64,000 nucleotides of DNA from Polyangiaceae bacterium (GTDB lineage Bacteria > Myxococcota_A > Polyangia > Polyangiales > Polyangiaceae), in the NCBI GenBank assembly GCA_965222375.1, contig CBDCTZ010000016.1:1984001-2048000 (forward strand). The letters are read 5' to 3'. The position numbers and the translations under genes are program-made. A model generated the notes under the pieces. It did not search any database, had not been told where the DNA came from, and saw only the letters and a list, made by a program, of their open reading frames with translations. Below are positions 29,101 through 37,837 of this stretch, in pieces. The first letter of the stretch is position 1, and the number at the start of each line of letters is the position of its first letter.

Positions 29101-31701
29101 ATGTCGACATCCGACACGACCACCCTCTCCCTCGATCGTTATTCTGCTGATGCCCGAGCCCTGGTTGCTGGAGCCCAGGCTCTCGCTGACGAGAGGAAAC
29201 ATGCGGAGGTGCAGCCGCTGCATCTCTTGCTGCGCGCCCTGGAGCGCGACCCGGGTGTGGTTGCGGTATTCCGCGCTGCGGGGGCGGAAGTGGTCGAACT
29301 ACAGTCCAGCGCCGAGCGGGCGGTTGGCGAGCTCCCCAAAGGCAACGAGCCCGCGTATCTGTCCGCGGGTATGTTGGATCTGCTCGAACGAGCGCAGCGT
29401 GAGTCGGAACGGGATCACGCTCCGGAGGTGCAGATTGAGCACGTGCTCAACGCTCTGTCCCAAGAGATTCGTGGACCCGCCGGAGAACTCCTGGGTGCGC
29501 ACCGCATTGGGCCAGGCGCGTTGCGTCCGCACCTCGGAGCGCTGCACTCGGTGCCGCGCCACCAGCGACACACGGGTGGTGGTACAGCGGATATCGAGCG
29601 CTTCACCTACGACCTGATCGATGACGCCCGGAACGGTCGCATCGATCCGGTGATTGGCCGGGACTCCGAGGTGCGCCGCCTTTTGACCATTCTCGAGCGG
29701 CGGCAAAAGAGCCATCCGCTGCTTGTGGGCGAACCTGGAGTGGGCAAAGGCGCGGTAGTGGGTGCCTTGGCGCAACGCATCGCTGCGGGGGATGTCCCGA
29801 CGAGCTTGGCTGGCGCGCGCTTGTTCGAGCTGGACGCAGCTGCCTTGGTCGCAGGCACGCGCTTGCGCAGCGATGTTAGTCAACGCGTTCGTGCGTTGCT
29901 CGCATCCCTGCGGGATGCCGAAGGCAGCATGCCCATTCTCGTCGCTCGAAGCGTCGAGCAACTATTCGCCCAGGGGCCAACGGGTAGCGCGGTCGGAGAC
30001 TTGCTCAAGTCGCCCTTGGCGCGCGGCGAGCTCCGAATGCTCGCCACCACCACGCCGGAGGGGTTCCGCAAGATTGCTGACAAGGATTCCGCCGTCCTGA
30101 GGCATTTCACCAACCTCGCTATCGAAGAGCCGAGCGTGGACGAGGCGATTGAGATCCTGCGGGGCATTGCTAGTCGCTACGAAGAGCGGCACCAGGTGGA
30201 GATCACCGAGAGCGCGATTGTGGCGTCAGTGCGCTTGGCCAAGCGCTACGTGCAAGACAAGTTCTTGCCCGACTGTGCGATCGATCTGTTGGACGAAACT
30301 GCCGCAGCCAAACGCGTCGAAACTGACGGCATTCCCGCGGTTGTCGACGAGGCGATCCGGCGACTCGAGTCCATCAAGGCTCAGCTTCACTCCTTGGACA
30401 AGAGCACGGACGCAACCACGAAGGCTGCACGCGCCAAACTGGAAGCGGAGGCTACGGAGCTGGAGCCCAAAGTCGGCGACATGCGCGCGAAGCTGGAGTC
30501 ACGCCGCGGCGCAGTTGCTGCGGTGCGCGCCCTCAGCAACGAGTTGAATGCCGCCCGCGCTGCTTGTGAAACTGCGCGTACAGAAAAGGACTTCGCAAAG
30601 CTGGGCGAACTCGAGCACGTCACGGTTCCTGACTTGGAGAAGCGCTTCAACGCTGCCGAAGCTGCGGCGAGAAGCACCGGCGCACTCGAAGTGTCTCGGG
30701 ACGTAACCGAGGAAGACGTTGCGGCGACCCTGGCCGTCTGGACTGGGATCCCAGTGGCCAAGATGCTGGAAGAAGAAGCCGACAAGCTCCTGAAAATGGA
30801 GGAGCGCCTGGAGCAAAGGGTCATTGGTCAAGACGACGCTGTGGGTGCCATTTCCAGAGCCGTGCGCCGCGGGCGTGTGGGTCTTCGGGATCCGGGCAAA
30901 CCGATCGGGTCGTTCTTGTTCTTGGGTCCCAGCGGCGTTGGCAAGACCGAGCTGGCCAAGGCGCTGGCTCAGTTCCTCTTCGACGACGAACTCGCACTCA
31001 CCCGCCTGGACATGAGCGAGTTCGTTGAACGCCACATGGCTCAGCGATTGATTGGTGCGCCGCCCGGCTATGCGGACAGTGAGCAAGGTGGGTTCCTGAC
31101 CGAGGCAGTGCGCCGCCGCCCCTACTCAGTACTCCTCTTCGATGAAGTCGAGAAGGCACATCAAGACGTCTTCAACCTCCTACTGCAGGTCTTGGATGAC
31201 GGCCGCCTCACCGACGGGCGTGGGCGCCTAGCGGACTTCTCCAACACCGTCGTCATCATGACCAGCAACATCGGCTCGCAACGAATCCTGGAGTCTGATC
31301 CGAAACTCTTCGACAATGCCGACGGTCGGGAAGCGCTGCGCGATGTCTTGCTAGATGAACTGCGTGAGTTTTTCCGTCCCGAGTTTCTCAATCGGGTCGA
31401 CGACGTCGTCGTCTTCCGCTCCCTCATGAAAGAGCACCTTCGTCTCATCGTCGATATTCAGCTCCGCAAGCTCGAGCGCATGCTGTCGGACCGCAACCTC
31501 AAGCTCGCCTTGGACGACGCTGCCAAGGACAAGCTCGTGGACCTCGGCTATGAGCCCGCCCTGGGCGCTCGGCCGCTGCAGCGGGCGATCCTCAAGCAGG
31601 TGCAGGACCCCCTCGCGGAGTCGATCCTCTCGGCTCGCTACTCGGAAGGCACGACCATCAAAGTCAGCATGAAGGGCGACGAGTTCGTTTTTGACGCCTA
31701 G
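29101..31701 (+). CDS. ClpB-like AAA+ chaperone with degenerate first nucleotide-binding domain
   Basis: Clp N-domain, DPVIGRD, coiled-coil middle domain, intact NBD2 (GPSGVGKT, LLFDEVEKAH, GRLTD, RPEFLNR); NBD1 motifs altered. Confidence 0.9.
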   Translation: MSTSDTTTLSLDRYSADARALVAGAQALADERKHAEVQPLHLLLRALERDPGVVAVFRAAGAEVVELQSSAERAVGELPKGNEPAYLSAGMLDLLERAQRESERDHAPEVQIEHVLNALSQEIRGPAGELLGAHRIGPGALRPHLGALHSVPRHQRHTGGGTADIERFTYDLIDDARNGRIDPVIGRDSEVRRLLTILERRQKSHPLLVGEPGVGKGAVVGALAQRIAAGDVPTSLAGARLFELDAAALVAGTRLRSDVSQRVRALLASLRDAEGSMPILVARSVEQLFAQGPTGSAVGDLLKSPLARGELRMLATTTPEGFRKIADKDSAVLRHFTNLAIEEPSVDEAIEILRGIASRYEERHQVEITESAIVASVRLAKRYVQDKFLPDCAIDLLDETAAAKRVETDGIPAVVDEAIRRLESIKAQLHSLDKSTDATTKAARAKLEAEATELEPKVGDMRAKLESRRGAVAAVRALSNELNAARAACETARTEKDFAKLGELEHVTVPDLEKRFNAAEAAARSTGALEVSRDVTEEDVAATLAVWTGIPVAKMLEEEADKLLKMEERLEQRVIGQDDAVGAISRAVRRGRVGLRDPGKPIGSFLFLGPSGVGKTELAKALAQFLFDDELALTRLDMSEFVERHMAQRLIGAPPGYADSEQGGFLTEAVRRRPYSVLLFDEVEKAHQDVFNLLLQVLDDGRLTDGRGRLADFSNTVVIMTSNIGSQRILESDPKLFDNADGREALRDVLLDELREFFRPEFLNRVDDVVVFRSLMKEHLRLIVDIQLRKLERMLSDRNLKLALDDAAKDKLVDLGYEPALGARPLQRAILKQVQDPLAESILSARYSEGTTIKVSMKGDEFVFDA

Positions 31702-31726
31702 CAACGCCTCGGGGTCCGGGCTTGCA

Positions 31727-33007
31727 TCACCAGCGATTGAGTCGCGGCTTGTGGGCGACAAGATCGCCGCCGAAGATCCCGCGAGGAGGACAGGGGATTT
31801 CGAAATCCTCGCAGTCTTCGGTGAGCGCGAAGCTGAGCCAGACTCCGACGTTGACGTGTCCTAGGCCAAAGGTCTCTTCTCGCGTGTTGTGTTGATTGCT
31901 GAAATGGTGGCCTAGGCGCAAGCCAGCGCTCAAGGGCCGAAGCAGCCGAACGGCGATGAACTGAACGTGGGGTTCGATGAACATCCCCGGCGCTGGCGCG
32001 AACACGTTTCTCGCCTCGGGCTCGGAGCCGGTAACTGTGTAGCCGACGGATGCACCAAGCCCTGCGCTGAAGTTCCCGGAGCCGAAGTTGAGGAGCAAGT
32101 CGCCCCCGACGGGGACGAAGTTGCCATCCGGCGTCCAAGTTGGGGCCACGAATGCGCCAACACGTAGTCCGAAACCTGCGCCCTCCGGCTCCGAGAGCGG
32201 CGTGAGGTAGTACGGCACGAACCGAAGGCCATGCCCCACGCGCCCAGAGCTTTCGTCATCGGCGATCTTGAACCATGTCGCGTAGCCTGCATCGATTCCG
32301 AAATGAGGGGAGTGCACTGGCGGCGGAGGTGGGGGCGGAGACAAGCACGGCATGCACAATGCGGGATTCGCACTGCAATCAGGCGGCAGCAGGCTCTCCA
32401 GGTTTATGGTCAGGGTTTCTCCCGGACCGACGTGGATTGCCGACTCGACGCGCTGCCCGTCATCCGTCGTGGCCGCCACGACGTGGCCGCCCGGGTTCAC
32501 TTGGATCGGCCCATCGATTTCGTCTTGGACTCTTCCGTCTATTTCGACGGTGGCGTCATCGCGTAGGTTTTCTATGCTGATGAGCGCGATCCGCTTTCGT
32601 GCGGAGTCGAGTTTGTCTTTTGCCAGGGCGGCGGCACCTGCGTCGCCGCAGTCGACCACGCGCTGGAGGTGGCCGGTGGCTTCGACGTACTGCTGCAGTG
32701 CTAGATGCGAGAGCCCCAGATTGAAGAGAACTCGAGGGTTGCCGCTCAGCTCATAGGCTTTTTTGAACAGACCTATGGCTTGTTCGAAGTCCGCGGCCTT
32801 TGCCGCTTCCTGCGCCTGCAAGTAGAGCGAGCGTGCCTCGGAAAGCGCGGCCGCATCTGGCGGGTGCTCTAGTGCACACGCCTCGTCACTTGTCGCGGCT
32901 CTCGGCCCGCTTTGGATCCCCACCAGCGCAGCGCCGACGAAGAGCGCTCGTCTTGAGAGGATTACGTCGCGTTCCGGCGGCGCCACACCTGGGAACGTAT
33001 CTTCCAT
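31727..33007 (-). CDS. TPR + PEGA-like domain exported protein (myxobacterial type)
   Basis: ARSLYLQA...FKKAYELSGNPRVLFNLG TPR; ATVEIDG...VNPGGHVV PEGA-like; CLSPPPP linker; C-terminal barrel-like strands. Confidence 0.7.
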   Translation of the reverse strand: MEDTFPGVAPPERDVILSRRALFVGAALVGIQSGPRAATSDEACALEHPPDAAALSEARSLYLQAQEAAKAADFEQAIGLFKKAYELSGNPRVLFNLGLSHLALQQYVEATGHLQRVVDCGDAGAAALAKDKLDSARKRIALISIENLRDDATVEIDGRVQDEIDGPIQVNPGGHVVAATTDDGQRVESAIHVGPGETLTINLESLLPPDCSANPALCMPCLSPPPPPPPVHSPHFGIDAGYATWFKIADDESSGRVGHGLRFVPYYLTPLSEPEGAGFGLRVGAFVAPTWTPDGNFVPVGGDLLLNFGSGNFSAGLGASVGYTVTGSEPEARNVFAPAPGMFIEPHVQFIAVRLLRPLSAGLRLGHHFSNQHNTREETFGLGHVNVGVWLSFALTEDCEDFEIPCPPRGIFGGDLVAHKPRLNRW

Positions 33008-33112
33008 TTCATGCGGATGCCACGTTGACCTTGGTCCTCGGTGGGCGCGTGACCGGGATTTATCGCTCAGAGTTGACGGCCAAGCCTCCCGTGTCAGACC
33101 ATGGAACGAGAA

Positions 33113-33622
33113 ATGGCGAAAGCGAACATCAGTCGTAGAGCTTTTGGAGCAGTGGTGGGAGCAAGCGCGGCCACCGCCGCAGCGGTGCCCGCGCGTGGAC
33201 AGGGGAGCGCGCCCGCTGTGGCACAACCCGCTGCCGAGCGAACGTCAGATCCATCTCAGCTCCTCGCGCCGCTGAGCGCCGGAGACAAGTTGGGGGCTTG
33301 GCTGGTGATGAGCGTGGGGGAGCTCCACGGCGGAGCTGTGAGCCTCGTGATGCGAGATGCTTCCGGCGAGGACTTTCAGCTCGATGTGTGTGCGCGGGAC
33401 CCGCAGTCGGATGCGCCCTGTGGTCCAAGTCAGACCCAGCGCTTCTGCGTGTACGTAGCGAATTCTGGCAAGGGTGACGTGCCTACGTCTGAAAGCCACG
33501 GGCTGGCCGCCATGGCGATCGCGGATGTGATCCGCAGCAACGAGGCACGGCTGGATGTGTCAGGGTTCTTGCCTCTGCGGGAGCGGGAACGTCGCGGCCT
33601 GGCGCGTCGTCACTTGCGCTAG
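33113..33622 (+). CDS. Tat-signal hypothetical protein made of the recurring ~90-aa domain of the rSAM cluster
   Basis: SRRAF twin-arginine motif plus Ala-rich h-region; its stop directly abuts the next rSAM start (33622/33623). Confidence 0.7.
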   Translation: MAKANISRRAFGAVVGASAATAAAVPARGQGSAPAVAQPAAERTSDPSQLLAPLSAGDKLGAWLVMSVGELHGGAVSLVMRDASGEDFQLDVCARDPQSDAPCGPSQTQRFCVYVANSGKGDVPTSESHGLAAMAIADVIRSNEARLDVSGFLPLRERERRGLARRHLR

Positions 33623-34408
33623 GTGGCGACTGCCGCGGTCCGAAGGGGAGGGGAGTTGCGAAGAATTGAACTAGGCTTCGGGTGCAACAACGCGTGCTTG
33701 TTTTGCGCGCCAGGCAGCTTGCGCGAGGAGCTGCGCAAGATCGCCGAGGAGGTCGTAGACCGGCAGATTGAAGAGGTTGTCACCGGGGATCGCGTGGCCT
33801 TCGTCGGCGGCGAGCCCACTTTGTTCGACCAGCTGGCCAGCTGGGGCACGCGCGTTCGGGAGCGCGGCGCATGGTCTATTCTGGTTCAGACCAACGCGCG
33901 TCGCCTGGCGGTCAAGGGCTACGCGCATTCCCTAGTCGCTTCCGGTATCGACGTGCTGGATGTTTCGCTGCACGGCTGTAACGAGGCGATGCACGATTAT
34001 CACACGGACGTCGACGGCAGCTTTCGCCAGACGGTTGCCGGCTTGCGCCGAGCGCGAGCCGCAGGCCTCACCTTCGGCATCACCACCGTAGTGACCCGTT
34101 CCAACTACCGTCATCTTTCCGAGATCGTGCACGTAGCTCACATGTTGGGAGCGCGCGCGGTGCACCTGCCCGTCGCTGCCCGCAAGGGCTCTGGGCTCGT
34201 CAACTGGCCCAGGCTGCAAGTGGCCCCGGCATTGCTCGAGCCGCACCTCTCTCGCGCCGTAGCGCGGGCGCATTCCCTGGGACTCGTCGTGGTCCGTGGG
34301 GAAAACCTGGGCAAAGCCGGGTCGCCTCAGCTCTTTGCCGGTATGGGACGGGCCCAACCGTCCTCAGCTGAAGGCCTGGCGCAAAGGCACCTGCCCGTCG
34401 CTCGCTAA
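33623..34408 (+). CDS. Radical SAM protein (HxsC-like, lacks C-terminal Cys cluster)
   Basis: CNNACLFC, GGEPT, QTNAR, SLHG..HD..T...GSF. Confidence 0.88.
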   Translation: MATAAVRRGGELRRIELGFGCNNACLFCAPGSLREELRKIAEEVVDRQIEEVVTGDRVAFVGGEPTLFDQLASWGTRVRERGAWSILVQTNARRLAVKGYAHSLVASGIDVLDVSLHGCNEAMHDYHTDVDGSFRQTVAGLRRARAAGLTFGITTVVTRSNYRHLSEIVHVAHMLGARAVHLPVAARKGSGLVNWPRLQVAPALLEPHLSRAVARAHSLGLVVVRGENLGKAGSPQLFAGMGRAQPSSAEGLAQRHLPVAR

Positions 34409-34488
34409 CCGCCGCGGCGTGCGCCTTAGTCAGATCCAGGGTCTGTGTGGCTCGCCGCGGGGGTGCGGCTCTGTTAAATCAGGAACTC

Positions 34489-34989
34489 ATGGCCATCGAG
34501 AACACCACGAGCGAGGACGGGCTCGTCGTCGAATTGGACGAGAGCCTGTACCCCAAGGACGCCGTGTATGGCGCGGCCTATGTCTTCATCGATCGCTGCT
34601 ATGTCAAACTCGATCGCCCCTCGCCAGGCAGGCTCTCGGTGCGCCTGAAGCCCAAGCCGGGAGTGACTCTTTCTGCGGATGCCTTCGCCGGTGAGCTGGA
34701 GAACGAACTTTTGGCGCAGTCTTGGCGCCGAATGATCGTCGACGAAAATCGAAAGCTGATCGAGCAAGTGACGACCCAAGCACTTTCTGGCGCCGCCGGT
34801 CCTCCAGGCCTGGACGATTTGCTCGCCATGGACCTGGACGAAGACACGGCCTTCGAAGACCCCCTCGGCATCGCGATGAGCTGGGAAGAAAAGTACAAGA
34901 AGAAAGAAGCACCAGCGGACCGTGAATCGGAATCGTCCAAAACCCCATCGGAACCGAATGCGGGCAAGAAGGATCCGGAACAACCTTGA
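34489..34989 (+). CDS. His-Xaa-Ser system HxsD-like protein
   Basis: LDESLYPKDAVYGAAYVFIDRCYV...AGELENELL...R..I..EN; AGGA RBS upstream. Confidence 0.75.
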   Translation: MAIENTTSEDGLVVELDESLYPKDAVYGAAYVFIDRCYVKLDRPSPGRLSVRLKPKPGVTLSADAFAGELENELLAQSWRRMIVDENRKLIEQVTTQALSGAAGPPGLDDLLAMDLDEDTAFEDPLGIAMSWEEKYKKKEAPADRESESSKTPSEPNAGKKDPEQP

Positions 34990-35201
34990 TGCAGCTCCGC
35001 TTCAAGAAAGAGCTCTATGCGAGCGAGGCTCTGGATCAGGCGCTCGAGGCCTTCGCGGACCACGCCGAGTTGACCCGGAGTGAAAGCGAGACCGAGTGGC
35101 TCGTAGAGCTGAAGGCAGAAGCAGACGAGGCGCTGGTCGCGAACGAGCTGGAGAATTTCGCTCTCGGTTTGACCATCGAGTCCCGAGGGGGACCGAACTG
35201 A
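34989..35201 (+). CDS. Short HxsD-like paralogue
   Basis: LRFKKELYASEALDQALEAF...ANELENFAL parallels the preceding gene; TGATG overlap. Confidence 0.65.
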   Translation: MQLRFKKELYASEALDQALEAFADHAELTRSESETEWLVELKAEADEALVANELENFALGLTIESRGGPN

Positions 35202-35226
35202 TTCCCCTGACGGGAGGGAGGGCGCG

Positions 35227-36147
35227 GTGTTGTCTGAGCCCGTGCTGCGCTCGAATTCCTACCACCTGATCCCCATCCGGGACGTTCCTCGGAGCGCTGG
35301 TGAGCCCTGCCCTCTGGTTCAGGATGAGGCCGCGCGCCAGGTGCACAGCCGCGCCCGGACGCTTTGGCTGGTGCTCAAAGATCGGATGCGCCTGTTCGAG
35401 ACCCCCACGCGAGATTTCGCGGAGGACGAACTAGACGCGATCAAGTACTCCAGTGGTCAGATCTACCTAGATGTATCTCGCAAAGCTTCCGTCGACGATT
35501 TCGCTCGGGATCTGAGGCGACTGGCGCCCGCGCAGGAGTGCCGCCGCTGCTCGGCGTTGGAGCAGTGCGCAGGTGCTTACCAGATCAGTCGAGAGCTGGA
35601 CTTTTCTACGGAGGAGGAGCGGCTGCGTCGTGTCCTGGGTGACCTCCGAGGAATCGTTGTCGATCTGGGCTGCGGTCACGCTCCCTACGCCGACTGGCTT
35701 GCGCCGGCGGCGGAGAGCGGACGGTTGCAGTACTTCGGCGTCGAGCCTGACACCGCGGCGCGCCAGCGTTTGGCCGAGCGGCGACCCTGGGCAGAGTTGT
35801 CCCGCGGCCTAGACCAAGCGCCGTCGAGAGTTGACCACGCGTTGCTGCTGCGCAGCATCAATCACCTGTCCGAACCCAAAGCCGTGGTTGCGGACTTGGT
35901 CGCACGCTTGGCGCTGGGCGGCACCCTGTTGATCGTCGACAATGTGGCATTCGGCGTCGTCCGGACTCGGGAGCAAGCACTGCGCGCGGAAACGTCCCCT
36001 GCGCGGTTCGAACACGTCAACAACGCATCGGCGCAGGACATTCAACGACTATTGACCGATCTTCCCTTGGAGTTGAAAGAGCAACATGCCGTCACACCCG
36101 AAACCAGCAATCAATGGATGCTGAGGTACGAGCGCCGCGCCGGCTAG
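35227..36147 (+). CDS. Class I SAM methyltransferase with N-terminal Cys-cluster (CxxC-x5-C) domain
   Basis: VVDLGCG, GVEPD, RSINHL; upstream CRRCSALEQCAG resembles the auxiliary Cys tail of neighbouring rSAMs. Confidence 0.75.
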   Translation: MLSEPVLRSNSYHLIPIRDVPRSAGEPCPLVQDEAARQVHSRARTLWLVLKDRMRLFETPTRDFAEDELDAIKYSSGQIYLDVSRKASVDDFARDLRRLAPAQECRRCSALEQCAGAYQISRELDFSTEEERLRRVLGDLRGIVVDLGCGHAPYADWLAPAAESGRLQYFGVEPDTAARQRLAERRPWAELSRGLDQAPSRVDHALLLRSINHLSEPKAVVADLVARLALGGTLLIVDNVAFGVVRTREQALRAETSPARFEHVNNASAQDIQRLLTDLPLELKEQHAVTPETSNQWMLRYERRAG

Positions 36148-36151
36148 TGGT

Positions 36152-37837
36152 ATGCTCGATTCGCGCATGCGACACGACGTGGTGGTCATTGGCGGCGGTC
36201 CTGCAGGGAGCACCGCCGCGGCGCTCCTGGCCAAAGCCGGGCACGACGTGCTGCTCCTGGAAGCAGACTCTCACCCGCGCCCGCATGTGGGCGAGAGCTT
36301 GCTGCCCGGTATCGCACCGATCCTGCAGGAGATGGGCGCCCTCTCCGCAGTCGAATCCGCAGGCTTCGGCCTGAAGACGGGCACGACCCACTGGCAGTGG
36401 GGTGCGACGCGACAGTGGGATCTCTGGTTCCGTGATTCGGACCAGTTCGACCACGCTTGGTTGGTGGATCGTGGGCGCTTCGACAAGATCCTATTCGACA
36501 CTGCGCGCAGCGCCGGTGCGACTGCTCGCGAGCAAACCCGCGTGCGTGAGCCCATCTTGGCGGACGACCGAGTCGTTGGCGTCAAGCTGCGGAGCCGGGG
36601 AGGCGTGGATGATGAAGTTGCTCGCGCTCGCTTCGTCATCGACGCCAGTGGGCAAGCCGCGCTCTTGTCCCGGAAACCGGGAGTCCGCCAGCACGTGGAC
36701 GGCCTGCGGCATCAGGCATCCTGGGCCCACTATGAAAACGCAGGCCGGCTACCGCCGCCCCGGGAAAACCAAGCGCTTTTCGTTGCGGAGCCCGGCTACT
36801 GGCTCTGGTTGTTCCCCTTTGGTCAGGGGCGAGCATCCGTCGGAATGGTGCGACTGGATGGCGCGGAAAACCTTGCAGCGCGGGATAGCGCATTCGAAAA
36901 AGGAATTCTGAGGAGCAAAGCCTTTCGGGATGTGCTGGGGGCCTCGGCCCGCCGCGCCACGCCGATTCGTCACCAGCGCGACTTCAGTTACCGCATGCGG
37001 GAAGTGTCAGGCCCCGGTTGGCTCTCCGCGGGCGACGCTTCCGGCTTCATCGACCCGGTGCTTTCGACGGGAGTCTTCTTGGCCATGCACGCTGGGCGTC
37101 ACTCTGCCAATCTGGTCAGCGACGTACTGCACGGGCGCCGCTCCGAGGAGGAAGCGCTGCTCAACTACTCGACTCACCATCGAGAGCTCTTCGACGATCT
37201 GCTGCGCATGGTTCGCTTCTACTACCAGCAGAATCTGGACAAGAACGACTACTTCTGGGAATCCAAGCGGATCTTGATGCGACAAGACACCGAGCTGAAG
37301 CCTCAGAAGGCGTTTCTGATTCTGACCAGTGGGTTGGTGCGCAATCTAGCGCTGAGCGACGCTGCGCAGCGCGCTCTCGAACAGCGAAAGTGCGCGATCT
37401 CCGGGGGCGCGGAACTGGAGCGATCGCCGTCGGGCAGCGTGAGGCCGCCGCCGGGCAGCGTGAGACCGCCGCCGGGCAGCGTGAGACCGCCGCCGGAGCA
37501 CCTGGGGTTCCTGTGCGTCCACTTGGAGTACGACGATGGCAGTGCGAGCTTGGCTCAATTGTACCTACTGATCGAACCGACGGACCCTGGTGCGCCCAGC
37601 CTGTTTCGCACCGAGCACTTCGACATCAACTGCCTGGCGCCCCGCTACGACAACGACCCGATTTCCCATCCTGCCCTGGAACCTCATCTTCGCTTCCTGG
37701 AGCGCAGAATCCGTCCTCTCGACACGGAAACAACCGACAGCGTGGTGGCGCTCTGGCGCGAAAAGGGCGGAGAGCTCGAGCGGCTTTTTTTGGAGCTACC
37801 CGCGGAGTTTCGGATCAAGCGAGTCTTTGGCGAGTAG
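36152..37837 (+). CDS. Flavin-dependent halogenase-like enzyme with C-terminal extra domain
   Basis: GGGPAG, RPHVGESLLP, GFGLKTG (catalytic Lys position), WLWLFP (WxWxIP variant), GDASGFIDPVLSTGV. Confidence 0.82.
   Translation: MLDSRMRHDVVVIGGGPAGSTAAALLAKAGHDVLLLEADSHPRPHVGESLLPGIAPILQEMGALSAVESAGFGLKTGTTHWQWGATRQWDLWFRDSDQFDHAWLVDRGRFDKILFDTARSAGATAREQTRVREPILADDRVVGVKLRSRGGVDDEVARARFVIDASGQAALLSRKPGVRQHVDGLRHQASWAHYENAGRLPPPRENQALFVAEPGYWLWLFPFGQGRASVGMVRLDGAENLAARDSAFEKGILRSKAFRDVLGASARRATPIRHQRDFSYRMREVSGPGWLSAGDASGFIDPVLSTGVFLAMHAGRHSANLVSDVLHGRRSEEEALLNYSTHHRELFDDLLRMVRFYYQQNLDKNDYFWESKRILMRQDTELKPQKAFLILTSGLVRNLALSDAAQRALEQRKCAISGGAELERSPSGSVRPPPGSVRPPPGSVRPPPEHLGFLCVHLEYDDGSASLAQLYLLIEPTDPGAPSLFRTEHFDINCLAPRYDNDPISHPALEPHLRFLERRIRPLDTETTDSVVALWREKGGELERLFLELPAEFRIKRVFGE
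37425..37496. repeat. In-frame 21-bp tandem repeat (~3.4 units) encoding (P[S/P]GSVRP)n linker
   Basis: cgccgccgggcagcgtgagac units in the halogenase gene. Confidence 0.85.

Noticed and set aside
22745..33007. prmC, PMM/PGM, pilD, M6 protease, grxC, clpB-like and PEGA genes as members of the rSAM system
   Set aside because: Ordinary housekeeping or lineage-typical genes with no sequence link to the cluster, although the M6 protease cannot be fully excluded.
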